Shown: piece by piece, positions 9,171-19,057 of the stretch | Layout: the number at the start of each line of letters is the position of its first letter | How positions within the stretch are numbered: the stretch's first letter is position 1 | Source: a bacterium | GTDB taxonomy: Bacteria > Armatimonadota > UBA5829 | Length of the DNA stretch: 64,000 nt | Direction of reading: 5' to 3' | Assembly: GCA_021373255.1 (NCBI GenBank) | Contig: JAJFTD010000027.1 | Span: 27,109-91,108 of the forward strand | The notes under the pieces: generated by a model | What the model saw: the letters and a program-made list of their open reading frames with translations, nothing else | What the model was told of the DNA's origin: nothing | The model's database searches: none | Translations under genes and position numbers: made by a program

Positions 9171-9365
9171 ATGGCCTGTGACAGGACCAATGAAAACAAT
9201 AAGAAATGCACCTGCACTTATTCCGGCTGCTCCAAGCACGGCAAGTGCTGCGAATGCCTGCATTATCACCTGAGTATGGACCAGCTACCTGCATGCTGCT
9301 TCCCCTCTGAGGTCGAAAAGACCTACGACCGCTCGTTTGAAGCATTCATGAGGTGTCATTCATAG
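9171..9365 (+). CDS. Small cysteine-rich protein of 64 aa with 8 Cys, probably metal-binding. It overlaps the nth start.
   Basis: MACDRTNENNKKCTCTYSGCSKHGKCCECLHYHLSMDQLPACCF... RBS AAAGGAGA sits 7 nt upstream of the ATG. The 3' end overlaps nth by 13 nt. Confidence 0.5.
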   Translation: MACDRTNENNKKCTCTYSGCSKHGKCCECLHYHLSMDQLPACCFPSEVEKTYDRSFEAFMRCHS

Positions 9366-10033
9366 TGCCTGAAGAAACTCTCTTACAAAAGCAAGATCGC
9401 CTGTGCAAAATAATCGAGATACTCAGACGTGAATATCCAGACGCCACGTGCACGCTGGACTATACTACTCCGCACCAGCTCATGGTGGCTGCCATCCTGG
9501 CCGCGCAGTGTACTGACGAGCGCGTGAACCAGGTTACACCGGAACTCTTCCGTGAATATCCCGATGTGGAAGCATTTGCCAACGCCGACCAGACCGAGCT
9601 TGAAAACAGAATTCGCTCTACGGGTTTCTTTAAGAACAAGGCCAAGGCTATTATCGCATCAGCCCGTGAGATTATACAGAATTTCGGCGGCCGCGTGCCT
9701 GAAACCATAGAGGAACTGACCAGCCTGAGCGGGGTGGGGCGCAAGACCGCGAACCTGATCATCGGCGACGCCTACAGCAAGCCCGCTGTAATTGTCGACA
9801 CACACGTCAAGCGAATAAGCAAGCGTCTGGGTCTCACCGAAAAAGAAGACCCTACCAAGATCGAGTTCGACCTGCGCGAAATCCTACCCGAGGAGGAGTC
9901 CACTCATTTTAACCATCTTATAGTGGCCCATGGCCGCGCCATCTGCAAAGCGCCCACACCAAAGTGCGAGATTTGCCCATTGGTAGAGCTTTGTCCCACC
10001 GGCAGACAGAGAATGTCGCTAACATTGCAGTAA
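9353..10033 (+). CDS. nth: Endonuclease III (DNA-(apurinic/apyrimidinic site) lyase, HhH-GPD with 4Fe-4S)
   Basis: HhH-GPD core LMVAAILAAQCTDERVNQVTPELF...LTSLSGVGRKTANLI...DTHVKRISKRLGL. C-terminal FCL cluster C-x6-C-x2-C-x5-C (CKAPTPKCEICPLVELC). The start appears to be the GTG at 9353. Confidence 0.9.
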   Translation: MSFIVPEETLLQKQDRLCKIIEILRREYPDATCTLDYTTPHQLMVAAILAAQCTDERVNQVTPELFREYPDVEAFANADQTELENRIRSTGFFKNKAKAIIASAREIIQNFGGRVPETIEELTSLSGVGRKTANLIIGDAYSKPAVIVDTHVKRISKRLGLTEKEDPTKIEFDLREILPEEESTHFNHLIVAHGRAICKAPTPKCEICPLVELCPTGRQRMSLTLQ

Positions 10034-10051
10034 GCGTGGCTTGCTGCAATG

Positions 10052-11473
10052 TTACTCTGAGTCCGTCGACGACTGCGCCTTAGGCAGGTAAAGCACTGCT
10101 GCATAGTTTGTCAGGTACTTTTTGGCGACACGCTGGACATCTGCGGAAGTTACCTTCTCCACTGCGTCCGGGAACCCGGCGTACATTTGATAGCTCGCGC
10201 CCACGGTTTCCAGCCATCCAAGCTCAAAGGCTCTATCCAGCATGTGTTGGTGTGACAGCGTGTAAGAGCCAACAGTATAGCCCTTGGCACGCTCCAGATC
10301 TTTTTCTGAGAGCGGCTTGTCCTTGACCTGCTCCACCTGCTCCAGCATCGCATTCTTTACATCATCGAGCACCAGTTCCGGCCCAATGTCGCCAATAGCA
10401 AACTTAAATGGATCGGTGATGATATACGCCACCAAGTGGCTCTGGTATTGCAGCCTGGGATACATAACTCCAACATCGTAGCCCAACCCGCGCTTCTGCC
10501 GCAGTTCACGGAAGAATATAGAGCCCTTGCCCCCGCCTAATGCGTTTGCGAGCACGGACACTGCCGGGTAGTCTTCTGAGTTCACACTCGGCGCGAGCCA
10601 ACCCATCATCAAGCACGCGGCTCCCAAGTCCACTTCCGAAGCGTGGAACTTGCTGCGGTCCAGTTCCTCATCAGGCATTCCCCGATTTGTTGGAAGCTGA
10701 CTCTTTGGAATTCCTGCAAACGCCTTTTCAGCGCGGTCCACAGCTTGATCTACTGTTACATCACCCGCCACAGCTATCACAATGTTGTTCGGCACATAGT
10801 AAGTGGAATGGAATTTGGTCAAATCCCGCGTGTTTGCCAGCTTGATGGTGCGTGCGAAGCCCAACTCCGGCCGCTTATAGCCGTTATCTTCGTAGAGCTG
10901 TTGCTTCAGGTCAAGATAGGCCTTTTCAAATACATCGTCGCTTTGCGCGTTGATGCGCCGCGTGAGGTCGGTCCTGACTTCCTCAACCCACTTGCCCTCG
11001 AAGTTCGCGTCCGTGATACATTCTCCAATCAGCGACATTGCCCTATTGAACATAACTGATGTGGTGACTGTCCTTATCTCAGCAAAGTCCTGGTGCCATT
11101 GCGCTGCGATGTTGCCTCCGACGCCGTCGGCCACCGCAGCGACTTCCTCGGCGGAACTCATTCGTGTGCTGGCCAATAGAAGCTGCGCCACATAGTTGCC
11201 GATGCCTGCGTTCTGAATACTCTCCTGAGCGGTTCCGGTCTTTATCATTGCAATTACCGCTACTATACCGCTGCCCTTTTCCGGCTTTACGACTAATGTA
11301 AGGCCGTTGTCGAGCACCTTCTTCACGATCTCCTGCTTACCCGTTTGTTGGGCGAGGGAAGGGGAAATTGATATAGCGAGAAAGATAGCTATGATTATTA
11401 ATCGCGAAAACACGAGAGGGCGAAAACGCGAAAATGGATTTCCTATTTGTTGATTTTTAACGCGTCTGGTCAT
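10052..11473 (-). CDS. M16-family peptidase subunit lacking the HxxEH motif (non-catalytic partner). Secreted.
   Basis: Insulinase-like fold (NGLTLVVKPEKGSGIVAVIAMIKTGTAQE...YYVPNNIVIAVAGDV) without the zinc-binding HxxEH. Its start ATG overlaps the upstream gene's TGA (ATGA). Confidence 0.8.
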   Translation of the reverse strand: MTRRVKNQQIGNPFSRFRPLVFSRLIIIAIFLAISISPSLAQQTGKQEIVKKVLDNGLTLVVKPEKGSGIVAVIAMIKTGTAQESIQNAGIGNYVAQLLLASTRMSSAEEVAAVADGVGGNIAAQWHQDFAEIRTVTTSVMFNRAMSLIGECITDANFEGKWVEEVRTDLTRRINAQSDDVFEKAYLDLKQQLYEDNGYKRPELGFARTIKLANTRDLTKFHSTYYVPNNIVIAVAGDVTVDQAVDRAEKAFAGIPKSQLPTNRGMPDEELDRSKFHASEVDLGAACLMMGWLAPSVNSEDYPAVSVLANALGGGKGSIFFRELRQKRGLGYDVGVMYPRLQYQSHLVAYIITDPFKFAIGDIGPELVLDDVKNAMLEQVEQVKDKPLSEKDLERAKGYTVGSYTLSHQHMLDRAFELGWLETVGASYQMYAGFPDAVEKVTSADVQRVAKKYLTNYAAVLYLPKAQSSTDSE

Positions 11474-12807
11474 TTTGTTCCTCCCTGGTTCGGTTGCAAA
11501 ATGACGATTACGGCATGGTTTGGGTCGAGATAGCTCTTAGCGACTCTGATGATGTCGTCATTTGTGATTCCCTGCACGCAGTCGATATATTTCTCGGCGA
11601 ACTCGGGATCTGACACGGCAAAGTAGAACCCATCGGAGTTTGCCCGCCCACCATAGGTCTCGTTCTCGAATGCGAACTGGCCCAGCAGATAACGCTTAGC
11701 CTGTGCGAGGTCAAAGTCGGATATCCCCTGGCTCTTTACCTCGGCAATCTTAGCAAAGATGGTATCCCGCGCCTTATCGACGTTAGCCTCTGACGTCGCT
11801 GCTATGAGCGAGATCATTGCAGGGTCTTTATGAGTCAGAAAATCGGCTGTGGTCTCCGTGGCAAGACCCATTTTCTTTACGAGTTCGTCGGTCATCCAGT
11901 TGGTTTGCCCAAAACCAATGTAAGTGAGCAACAGATCAGTGGCGCATACATCGGTATAATCCGAACCTTTGGGACCAAGAAATGCTATTCCCACATAATT
12001 GTTGTTAAACGGCATTTTCACCGTCTTCACGACTTGCTTCTCAGGCGGCAATACCTGCCGGTTTGCGGTCTGAGGTTGGGCTGTGTTCGGCATCCCCTGA
12101 CACGCCTTGCCGATAGCGTCCATAGCCTGCTGCATGTCTATATCGCCCATCAGCACCACGGCCATGTTTCCGGGAACGTAATACTTGTGATAGTAATCCA
12201 GCACATCCTGCCTGGTGAGTTTATCCACTGATTCGACAGTTCCCTCTATAGGCAGCGCATATGGGTGGTTCCCGTAGAGCTCGTGGGCAAGCAGGTCTTT
12301 GCACACCTCGAACGGTTTTGTCTGCTTCTTGGATATCTCCTGAAGGACAATCGTCCGCTCGCGGTCCATTTCGTCTTCTTTGAACTGCGCGCCCGTAACC
12401 ACATCGAAGAGCACATCCAGCGCCTTGGGAAGATAACGCGACGGCACCGTAGTGCTGAAGTGCGCCCAGTCACGTGACGTATGCGCGTCTAATGTTGCCC
12501 CGAGGCTTTCCATTTCCAGGTCCACGTCGCCCGCTTCCCGCTTCTTGGTCGAGCCGAACGCCAGGTGCTCTATGAGATGGGAGACACCATTGATCGCGTC
12601 GGTCTCGTTGATGGTTCCGGCTTTTACCCACACGTCCACTCCCACCAGTTCCACCGAATGGTCTTCCTGGAGGATGACTGTGAGGCCGTTGCCCATACGG
12701 GTAATCTTCATTGCGGAAGTCTGGGCGGATGCGTGGCAGCCCAGTGAAAAGAGGAGAATTGCGGCTAGGAATATTCTTTGTGCCATAAATGCTCCAGATA
12801 ATAGCAC
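11470..12807 (-). CDS. M16-family zinc peptidase (catalytic subunit, HxxEH). Secreted.
   Basis: GVSHLIEHLAFGSTKKR carries the inverted zincin HxxEH motif. There is a signal peptide. The gene is translationally coupled to the downstream M16 partner. Confidence 0.85.
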   Translation of the reverse strand: MLLSGAFMAQRIFLAAILLFSLGCHASAQTSAMKITRMGNGLTVILQEDHSVELVGVDVWVKAGTINETDAINGVSHLIEHLAFGSTKKREAGDVDLEMESLGATLDAHTSRDWAHFSTTVPSRYLPKALDVLFDVVTGAQFKEDEMDRERTIVLQEISKKQTKPFEVCKDLLAHELYGNHPYALPIEGTVESVDKLTRQDVLDYYHKYYVPGNMAVVLMGDIDMQQAMDAIGKACQGMPNTAQPQTANRQVLPPEKQVVKTVKMPFNNNYVGIAFLGPKGSDYTDVCATDLLLTYIGFGQTNWMTDELVKKMGLATETTADFLTHKDPAMISLIAATSEANVDKARDTIFAKIAEVKSQGISDFDLAQAKRYLLGQFAFENETYGGRANSDGFYFAVSDPEFAEKYIDCVQGITNDDIIRVAKSYLDPNHAVIVILQPNQGGTK

Positions 12808-12975
12808 CAGCCACTACCGATGCTGACTAATCCATATTATAATATGTTGTAGCTCAGATTGCGAGCTTTGTGGCATTACGGGTGATAAATGGGTCTACGG
12901 AGAAGTTTTTCGTGTGACGCGAGACTCCCGGATGCCGAACGCAAGACTAATAAAACGTGAAAAGTGGCTTAATTT

Positions 12976-14103
12976 ATGATTGGTAGCCTTGAAGGAATAG
13001 TTGACCGCAGACATTTTAAGAACCTTGATGTGTCCCTTATAGCTATAACAGCCGCGATTGTTCTGTTTAGCTGTGTTGCAATTTACAGCGCGAGCCGTGG
13101 TGGGGCTGCGGGGACCGGATTTGTAGAACGGCAGGTGATGTGGGCTGTGCTTGGGGCCATTGCCGCTGCCGTGATGGCGTCTATAGACACATCCCTATAC
13201 CACAGATACGCGCGTAAACTCTACATACTCAATATCTTGATGCTTGCGGCAGTTCTGGTCACGGGTCATTCGTCCAAGGGCGCACAGCGTTGGATTGGGT
13301 TTGGCACAATGAAGATCCAGCCTTCGGAGTTCGCGAAGATCATATTAATCATCTGCCTGGCGGTGTTTTTTGTGCAGCGCCGGGATACCCTTCGTACAAT
13401 GAAGACCTTCGTGCACTCACTTGTCTACCTCGGGGTGCCTATGCTCTTTATCTTCAAACAACCTGATCTTGGCACCAGCCTCGTGCTGATCTCTATATGG
13501 ACTGTAATGGTTTTCGTAATGGGCACCGATATCAAGAACCTGCTGATCTTCGGTGGGCTGGGTGTTATGCTCGCACTAACGGCATGGTACGTGCCTGGTG
13601 TAATGAAAGATTACCAGAAGATGAGGATAATCAGCTTCGTAAATCCCGCCGCTGACCCACTTAAGAGCGGTTATCACGTCACACAGTCCCGCATCGCTAT
13701 CGGTTCAGGCAAGATGGCAGGCAAGGGCTTCCTTAAGGGCACGCAGCGTGAATTGCACTTCATACCCGAGCAGCATACCGACTTTATCTTTACCGTGGTT
13801 GGCGAAGAATTGGGATTTGTCGGCGCAGCCGGGCTGGTGCTGCTTTACTTTGGCATGATCTGGCGCGGCTTGTTGATCATGGCCGCTACCGAAGATGCCA
13901 CCGGCCGTGCGATATCAGCCGGTATAGTAGGCATGTTCATCTTCCACATATTTGTTAACATCGGTATGACCCTGGGGATTATGCCCGTAACAGGTGTCCC
14001 CTTGCCAATGTTCAGCTACGGCGGCAGCAGCCTTATGGCAAACTTAATGGCCATCGGCCTGCTGGAGGGAGTAAGCATGCGGCGGCACAAGATTAATTTC
14101 TAG
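12976..14103 (+). CDS. rodA: SEDS-family peptidoglycan glycosyltransferase (RodA/FtsW)
   Basis: 375-aa, 10-TM protein with FtsW/RodA blocks (GFGTMKIQPSEFAKI, QPDLGT, QSRIAIGSG, HTDFIF, PLPMFSYGGSS). Confidence 0.85.
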   Translation: MIGSLEGIVDRRHFKNLDVSLIAITAAIVLFSCVAIYSASRGGAAGTGFVERQVMWAVLGAIAAAVMASIDTSLYHRYARKLYILNILMLAAVLVTGHSSKGAQRWIGFGTMKIQPSEFAKIILIICLAVFFVQRRDTLRTMKTFVHSLVYLGVPMLFIFKQPDLGTSLVLISIWTVMVFVMGTDIKNLLIFGGLGVMLALTAWYVPGVMKDYQKMRIISFVNPAADPLKSGYHVTQSRIAIGSGKMAGKGFLKGTQRELHFIPEQHTDFIFTVVGEELGFVGAAGLVLLYFGMIWRGLLIMAATEDATGRAISAGIVGMFIFHIFVNIGMTLGIMPVTGVPLPMFSYGGSSLMANLMAIGLLEGVSMRRHKINF

Positions 14104-14192
14104 GAAGAGTTGGCGGTTGCCAGTTAGCATAACAACATTCCGCCATCCCTTCCCGACTCCCGGACCCCCGAACATTCGGACTCCCGGACTCT

Positions 14193-15269
14193 TTATATCC
14201 CTATAAACTCTTTCGTTGCCGAGGTCAAAATCTCATAACCGGTATCGGTCACCAACACATCGTCTTCTATCCTGATACCGCCCCAGCCTTCGATGTAAAT
14301 GCCGGGCTCAACAGTGGTCACCATCCCCGGCTCCAGCACTATATCACTACTCTTGGAGAACGCAGGGCCGTCGTGGACTTCTATCCCCAGCGCATGGCCG
14401 AGGCTGTGACCAAAGTTTTCGCCGTAGCCCTTTGAGGTGATGTAGTCGCGTGCGACGGCGTCTATTTCGCGACCGGTCTTTCCTGGGGCGATTGCTTCTA
14501 TGGCTCGTATCTGGGCATCAAGGACGATCTGATAAATCTCGCGCTGTTTGTCATCAGGTTTACCGAGACAAATTGTGCGGGTGATGTCGGCGTTGTAGTG
14601 GTCCAGCGTCGCGCCATAGTCCATCTTTAAAAGATCACCGAACTGCAAAATAGCATTCGTTGGGCTATGGTGAGGGCACGCCGAGTTGGCACCGGTTGCG
14701 GCTATTGTCTCAAAGCCGACTTCGTCCGCTCCCAGTTTGCGCATTGTGAAGTCAATGGTTAGTGCGACATCCTTCTCCCTGAGCCCTGGCCTGATCTCAC
14801 GAGTTATTGTGGTGAACGTGTTGTCCACTATTTCGCATGCTCTGCGTATGAGCTCGATCTCGTGTGAATCCTTAACAGCTCTGAGCCTCTCGACCAGCCC
14901 ACTCGTTGAGCGCAGCTTAATCCGCTCGTCCACAGTCCTCCGAAGCAGCCTGTGTGACGCGACAGTTAAATCACCGGCTTCAAACCCGCATGTAGTCGGC
15001 TTGAGTTCATTAATCAATTTACCAGCGGCTGATATAGTAGGTCCAGATGTGTAATCACGCACCTCTGTGCCCTTACACTCTTCGCGAGCCTGGATCGAAT
15101 AACGCGGGTCCACGAGGATGTATGAACTCTCTTCAGTAACCACCACCGCCGCTGTCGACCCAGTAAACCCGCTGAGGTAGAAGACATTTGGCATGTACGT
15201 GACCAGCACCGCGTCGATTTTTCTTGCCGCCATCTGGCTGCGTAACTTGTTCAACCTGTCGTTATGCAT
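14193..15269 (-). CDS. M24-family Xaa-Pro aminopeptidase / prolidase
   Basis: N-terminal creatinase-like domain plus the pita-bread fold, with metal ligands in [16 protein letters not shown]...[13 protein letters not shown]...[16 protein letters not shown]. Confidence 0.85.
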   Translation of the reverse strand: MHNDRLNKLRSQMAARKIDAVLVTYMPNVFYLSGFTGSTAAVVVTEESSYILVDPRYSIQAREECKGTEVRDYTSGPTISAAGKLINELKPTTCGFEAGDLTVASHRLLRRTVDERIKLRSTSGLVERLRAVKDSHEIELIRRACEIVDNTFTTITREIRPGLREKDVALTIDFTMRKLGADEVGFETIAATGANSACPHHSPTNAILQFGDLLKMDYGATLDHYNADITRTICLGKPDDKQREIYQIVLDAQIRAIEAIAPGKTGREIDAVARDYITSKGYGENFGHSLGHALGIEVHDGPAFSKSSDIVLEPGMVTTVEPGIYIEGWGGIRIEDDVLVTDTGYEILTSATKEFIGI

Positions 15270-15699
15270 CTTTTGCCAACTCCACCACCGCGCGTAATCC
15301 CAGGAGGTAACTGTTCACTCCAAGCCCTACGATCTGTCCCATAGCCACCGGCGCGATCACGGACTGATGCCGGAACTCCTCGCGCGCGTGAATATTAGAT
15401 AGATGGACTTCCACTGTAGGTATTCTCACAGCCGCGATGGCATCGCGAATGGCGTAGCTGTAGTGGGTGTAGGCTCCTGGGTTGATCACAATCCCTTTTA
15501 CCGTGTTGGTCGCCGCTTGAATCAGGTCGATGATCCCGCCCTCGCTGTTGGATTGATGTATCTCCAGCTCAACCCCCAGCTCATTAGCCAGCGCCGAGCA
15601 CCGCTGATTCACCGACTCCAGCGTCTGCACCCCATAAACCCCGGTCTCCCGCGTCCCCAACAAATTCAAGTTCGGACCGTGTATCAATAATATCTTCAT
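15262..15699 (-). CDS. aroQ: Type II 3-dehydroquinate dehydratase
   Basis: [18 protein letters not shown]...[17 protein letters not shown]...[13 protein letters not shown]. Start trimmed to MKILLI. Confidence 0.9.
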   Translation of the reverse strand: MKILLIHGPNLNLLGTRETGVYGVQTLESVNQRCSALANELGVELEIHQSNSEGGIIDLIQAATNTVKGIVINPGAYTHYSYAIRDAIAAVRIPTVEVHLSNIHAREEFRHQSVIAPVAMGQIVGLGVNSYLLGLRAVVELAKDA

Positions 15700-15712
15700 C
15701 CCACACCCCAAT

Positions 15713-16441
15713 CTACAATCTACAATCTAAATATGCTTTTACCGTGGCCTGTGTATCTCCGTCGGCTCGGACTTCACCTTTATCGAACCAGATAGTTCTC
15801 GATGCCACCGCGCGTGCTGCTTCCAAGTCGTGGGTTACAAACACGATGGTTTTACCAGCAGCTTTGAATGCGTCTATTCTCTTGTAACACTTTTCCTGAA
15901 ACGCCGCATCTCCTACCGCCAAGACCTCGTCTATGAGCAGGATATCCGGGTCAGTTTCAACCGCTACGGCAAATCCCAGCCGCATCAGCATACCCGCCGA
16001 GTAAGTCTTTACCGGTGTGTCTATGAAATCATTGAGCTCTGAGAAATCTATGATCTGGTCGATTTTGTCGCGAACCTGTGCGGTGCCCAGGCCCATAACG
16101 GCGGCGTTAAAAAATATGTTCTCACGACCTGTCAATTCAGGATGAAACCCTGCGCCCAGGTCCAGCATAGTGGACATCCGCCCATCTACCTCAACACTTC
16201 CGCCAGTGGGCTTGTAGACCCGTCCGATGATCCTCAGCAGCGTGCTCTTTCCCGAGCCGTTTCTGCCGATAATCGCGACAGTTTCACCGTGGTCGATGGT
16301 GAACGATAGCTCTTTGATAGCCACCAGCTTCTGCGGCCGTGCGTGCCTGAACGAGAGAATTGCGGACTTCAATGAGGTCTGCTTCTCCCGTATCATATCG
16401 AAAATCTTGGTTACGCTGTGCAGTTGAATCGCTGGTTTCAT
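15713..16441 (-). CDS. ABC transporter ATP-binding protein of the polysaccharide/teichoic-acid exporter type (Wzt/TagH/KpsT-like)
   Basis: Walker [10 protein letters not shown], signature [11 protein letters not shown], and Walker [13 protein letters not shown]. Its start ATG overlaps the stop of the upstream ABC-2 permease. Confidence 0.85.
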   Translation of the reverse strand: MKPAIQLHSVTKIFDMIREKQTSLKSAILSFRHARPQKLVAIKELSFTIDHGETVAIIGRNGSGKSTLLRIIGRVYKPTGGSVEVDGRMSTMLDLGAGFHPELTGRENIFFNAAVMGLGTAQVRDKIDQIIDFSELNDFIDTPVKTYSAGMLMRLGFAVAVETDPDILLIDEVLAVGDAAFQEKCYKRIDAFKAAGKTIVFVTHDLEAARAVASRTIWFDKGEVRADGDTQATVKAYLDCRL

Positions 16442-16442
16442 C

Positions 16443-17294
16443 TTATACCCGCTCCGCGAACACCCATTTGCGGGCGTTGAAGAAAGCATAACCACCAACA
16501 GCAACCAGCACACATACAATGGCGCATATTGCGAGCATGCCATAGTCCAATGGTAAACTTTGTATCTGCTCGCCCCTCACTCCACCATGAAACGCTGGAA
16601 GCATGGTTTTTCGATAAGCCTCCGTGAGCATGTTCAAAGGGCTAAGTAAATAGAGCTTGAACAGCAGTGTCCTGTGGGCCTCCGGCAGCCGAGTGTAGAC
16701 CAGTTCCGACACATACATAACCGGCGTCAGGTAGAACATCACATTCATCAATACCGTAAGGATATACTTGGTGTCTTCATAGAACACATTCAAAGCCGAC
16801 ACCACAAATGTAAGCCCTACCAGCAGCAGGAACTGCAAGCCCACCAGCACCGGGAGCCAAAGCACCGTCGGTAATATGGGCGAGCCGTGAAGGAATATGT
16901 AGTAGAACAGCAGATATGCGAAAAACACCACCAGCGCCAGGATAAAGTGGATCAGATTTGCAACCACTACCGACAGCGGCAGCAGCTCACGTGGAAAATA
17001 GACCTTCCTGAGCAGGTCGCGGTGAAGCAGTATGACTTGGCTTGAGTCCAGCAGCGCGTATTGAAAGAACATCCACGGCAGATAGCCGCCGAGCAGATAT
17101 GCGGAGTAGTTCGGTATGTCCAACCTCATGACATACTTGACTACCACCGTTATAGTCGCCACTTGCACCAGCGGGTTGGCCAGCGACCAGAAAAAGCCCA
17201 GCGCCGAGTTTTTGTAGCGGACTTTGAGGTCGCGCAGGACCAACTGCATCAGCAAGTTTTTGTATTTAGCAAGCTCTCTTAGTTCATCTATCAT
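16443..17294 (-). CDS. ABC-2 type transporter permease (Wzm/TagG-like)
   Basis: 6-TM protein with the N-terminal LVLRDLKVRYKNSALGFFWSLANPL motif of ABC-2 exporters. It sits directly upstream of the Wzt-like ATPase. Confidence 0.85.
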   Translation of the reverse strand: MIDELRELAKYKNLLMQLVLRDLKVRYKNSALGFFWSLANPLVQVATITVVVKYVMRLDIPNYSAYLLGGYLPWMFFQYALLDSSQVILLHRDLLRKVYFPRELLPLSVVVANLIHFILALVVFFAYLLFYYIFLHGSPILPTVLWLPVLVGLQFLLLVGLTFVVSALNVFYEDTKYILTVLMNVMFYLTPVMYVSELVYTRLPEAHRTLLFKLYLLSPLNMLTEAYRKTMLPAFHGGVRGEQIQSLPLDYGMLAICAIVCVLVAVGGYAFFNARKWVFAERV

Positions 17295-17492
17295 AGGGCT
17301 ATATAATAAGCTCCAGCAAGTTCGAGTATAAGCTGATGAAGAGCAAAAGTCAAACTTGTATCTCTGCCTTATCGAACTTCCTGTAACGCCACATCCGTAT
17401 TCCGTAATAGTAAATCAAGTTTGATATGCCCTGCAGCTCATCAGTGCTCGCATTAGTGATGCGGGCGAGACGGGGAGGTTGATGCGAGGTTA

Positions 17493-19055
17493 ATGCGAGG
17501 AGTATTGCCAGAAGAGAGAGAAACTACACAACGTCATCCCGGATATCCTCCAGAAGACGAAATGTATTACAACAAACCGGTAGAAAAAAACACCGGCAGG
17601 CCGAGCTTTAACAGCTTGGCGAGGAAGCATTGGAAACGCCTTATCCAGTTGGCGGCGCTGTCGGCTGTGGCGCTGACGCTATACGCGCGTGTGAGCGCTC
17701 CTACATCGGTGCATGTTACCACAGTAAAAACTGTTACTACTGCTGAGACCATAGGTGTGGCCGGCAAAGTTCGTGGATCAAGAGTAACGGACCTCGGCTT
17801 GGATGTGGCTGGGGTAATCCAACGGATATATGTGAAAGATGGCGACTCAGTGAGCGCCGGTCAGCTTCTGCTTGCGCTGGGACAGTCCGATTTAGCGGCG
17901 GGCGCCAGGGCTGCTAGGGCTGGTCTCGATAGTGCCGCTGCCGAACTCGATCGCGCCAGCCGTGGGCCGCTTCCTTCCGAGATAAGCGCTGCAAAGGCTG
18001 ATCTCGCGCAGGCGCAGGCTGTGGGCAGGGCGAAGGTAGCCCAAGCTGAGGCAAGGCTCCGCAACACCAGGCGCGGCGCGCGTCCCGACGAACTCGCGGA
18101 GGCGCAATCCGAACTTCAGCGCAGGCAAGAATTGCTGAATAAGTCGCAAATTGACCTCAAGCGAACCGCAAGGCTTGTAGCAGCCGGTGCGCTTGCGCAG
18201 TCCCAGCTTGACGAAGCCAGAACAGCCGTCAGCACCACCCAAGCAACAGTCGATGCTCAAAGGGCACATATTCGCTTGATGAAAGCAGGCGGCAGTGCTG
18301 ATGAGGTCGCAGAGGCAAGAGCAGCGATTGCCGAAGCCAGGGCTAGCTGGACCACCAGCGTTCAAGCCGCTCGCGCGAGGCTCAATACTGTCCTTTCCAA
18401 TCCAAGACCTGAGGAGATCAATGCCGCACGTGCCAGGATGAACCAGGCTCAAGCGGAGTATGAGCGTGCCATCGATGTATCTAACAAGACCGAACTGCGC
18501 GCCCCGTTTAGCGGCATAATTGCTGACATTCCTGTTGAAGACGGCCAGTCGGTTTCTCCGGGCGAAAAATTGATGATCCTCCATGAGATGAGCAGGCCCA
18601 TAATTGAAGTCGAAACCGATGAAGAAAACCTCGGTGTCCTTGCCATAGGCCAGCGCGCGGTGGTGACTGCTGACGCATTCCCGGGCAGGCAATTGGATGC
18701 TGTTGTGACAGACCTCGGTTCCAGAGTGAACTCCGAGCGTGGCACGATTCAAGTTCTTCTTCGACCGGTGCAGTCGGCAAGTTGGCTGCGGCCGGATCTG
18801 ACTGTGGACGTTAATATCATTACTAATAACTCTGCCAGCCGGATCATTCTACCTGCTGATTCGGTCACCAGGCATGGTGGGCGCACGGTGGTGTTGGTTA
18901 TCAGGAATGGCAAGGCTGTTGTTGTTCCGGTCACTGCCGGGGCTGCGGGTGAGAGCGGCGTTGTGGTAACAGGAAATCTCAGAGATGGCGATCAGGTGAT
19001 CAGGAATGCGTCCGGCGTGACTGTCAACAGCGATGTTAGGGCCGCCCGGAGGTAA
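17493..19055 (+). CDS. HlyD/MacA-family periplasmic adaptor (membrane fusion protein)
   Basis: Membrane anchor, biotinyl/lipoyl-like hairpin, long coiled-coil (AEARLRNTRRGARPDELAEAQSEL...), and beta-barrel domains. The true start may be an internal Met such as MYYNKP. Confidence 0.8.
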   Translation: MRGVLPEERETTQRHPGYPPEDEMYYNKPVEKNTGRPSFNSLARKHWKRLIQLAALSAVALTLYARVSAPTSVHVTTVKTVTTAETIGVAGKVRGSRVTDLGLDVAGVIQRIYVKDGDSVSAGQLLLALGQSDLAAGARAARAGLDSAAAELDRASRGPLPSEISAAKADLAQAQAVGRAKVAQAEARLRNTRRGARPDELAEAQSELQRRQELLNKSQIDLKRTARLVAAGALAQSQLDEARTAVSTTQATVDAQRAHIRLMKAGGSADEVAEARAAIAEARASWTTSVQAARARLNTVLSNPRPEEINAARARMNQAQAEYERAIDVSNKTELRAPFSGIIADIPVEDGQSVSPGEKLMILHEMSRPIIEVETDEENLGVLAIGQRAVVTADAFPGRQLDAVVTDLGSRVNSERGTIQVLLRPVQSASWLRPDLTVDVNIITNNSASRIILPADSVTRHGGRTVVLVIRNGKAVVVPVTAGAAGESGVVVTGNLRDGDQVIRNASGVTVNSDVRAARR

Positions 19056-19057
19056 TA

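Noticed and set aside
7122-9269. Extended N-terminus (about 80 aa) on the GHL10-like hydrolase ORF
   Set aside because: The signal peptide begins at the internal Met (MLKWIVALLAIAAGAAFG). The upstream extension is probably untranslated leader.
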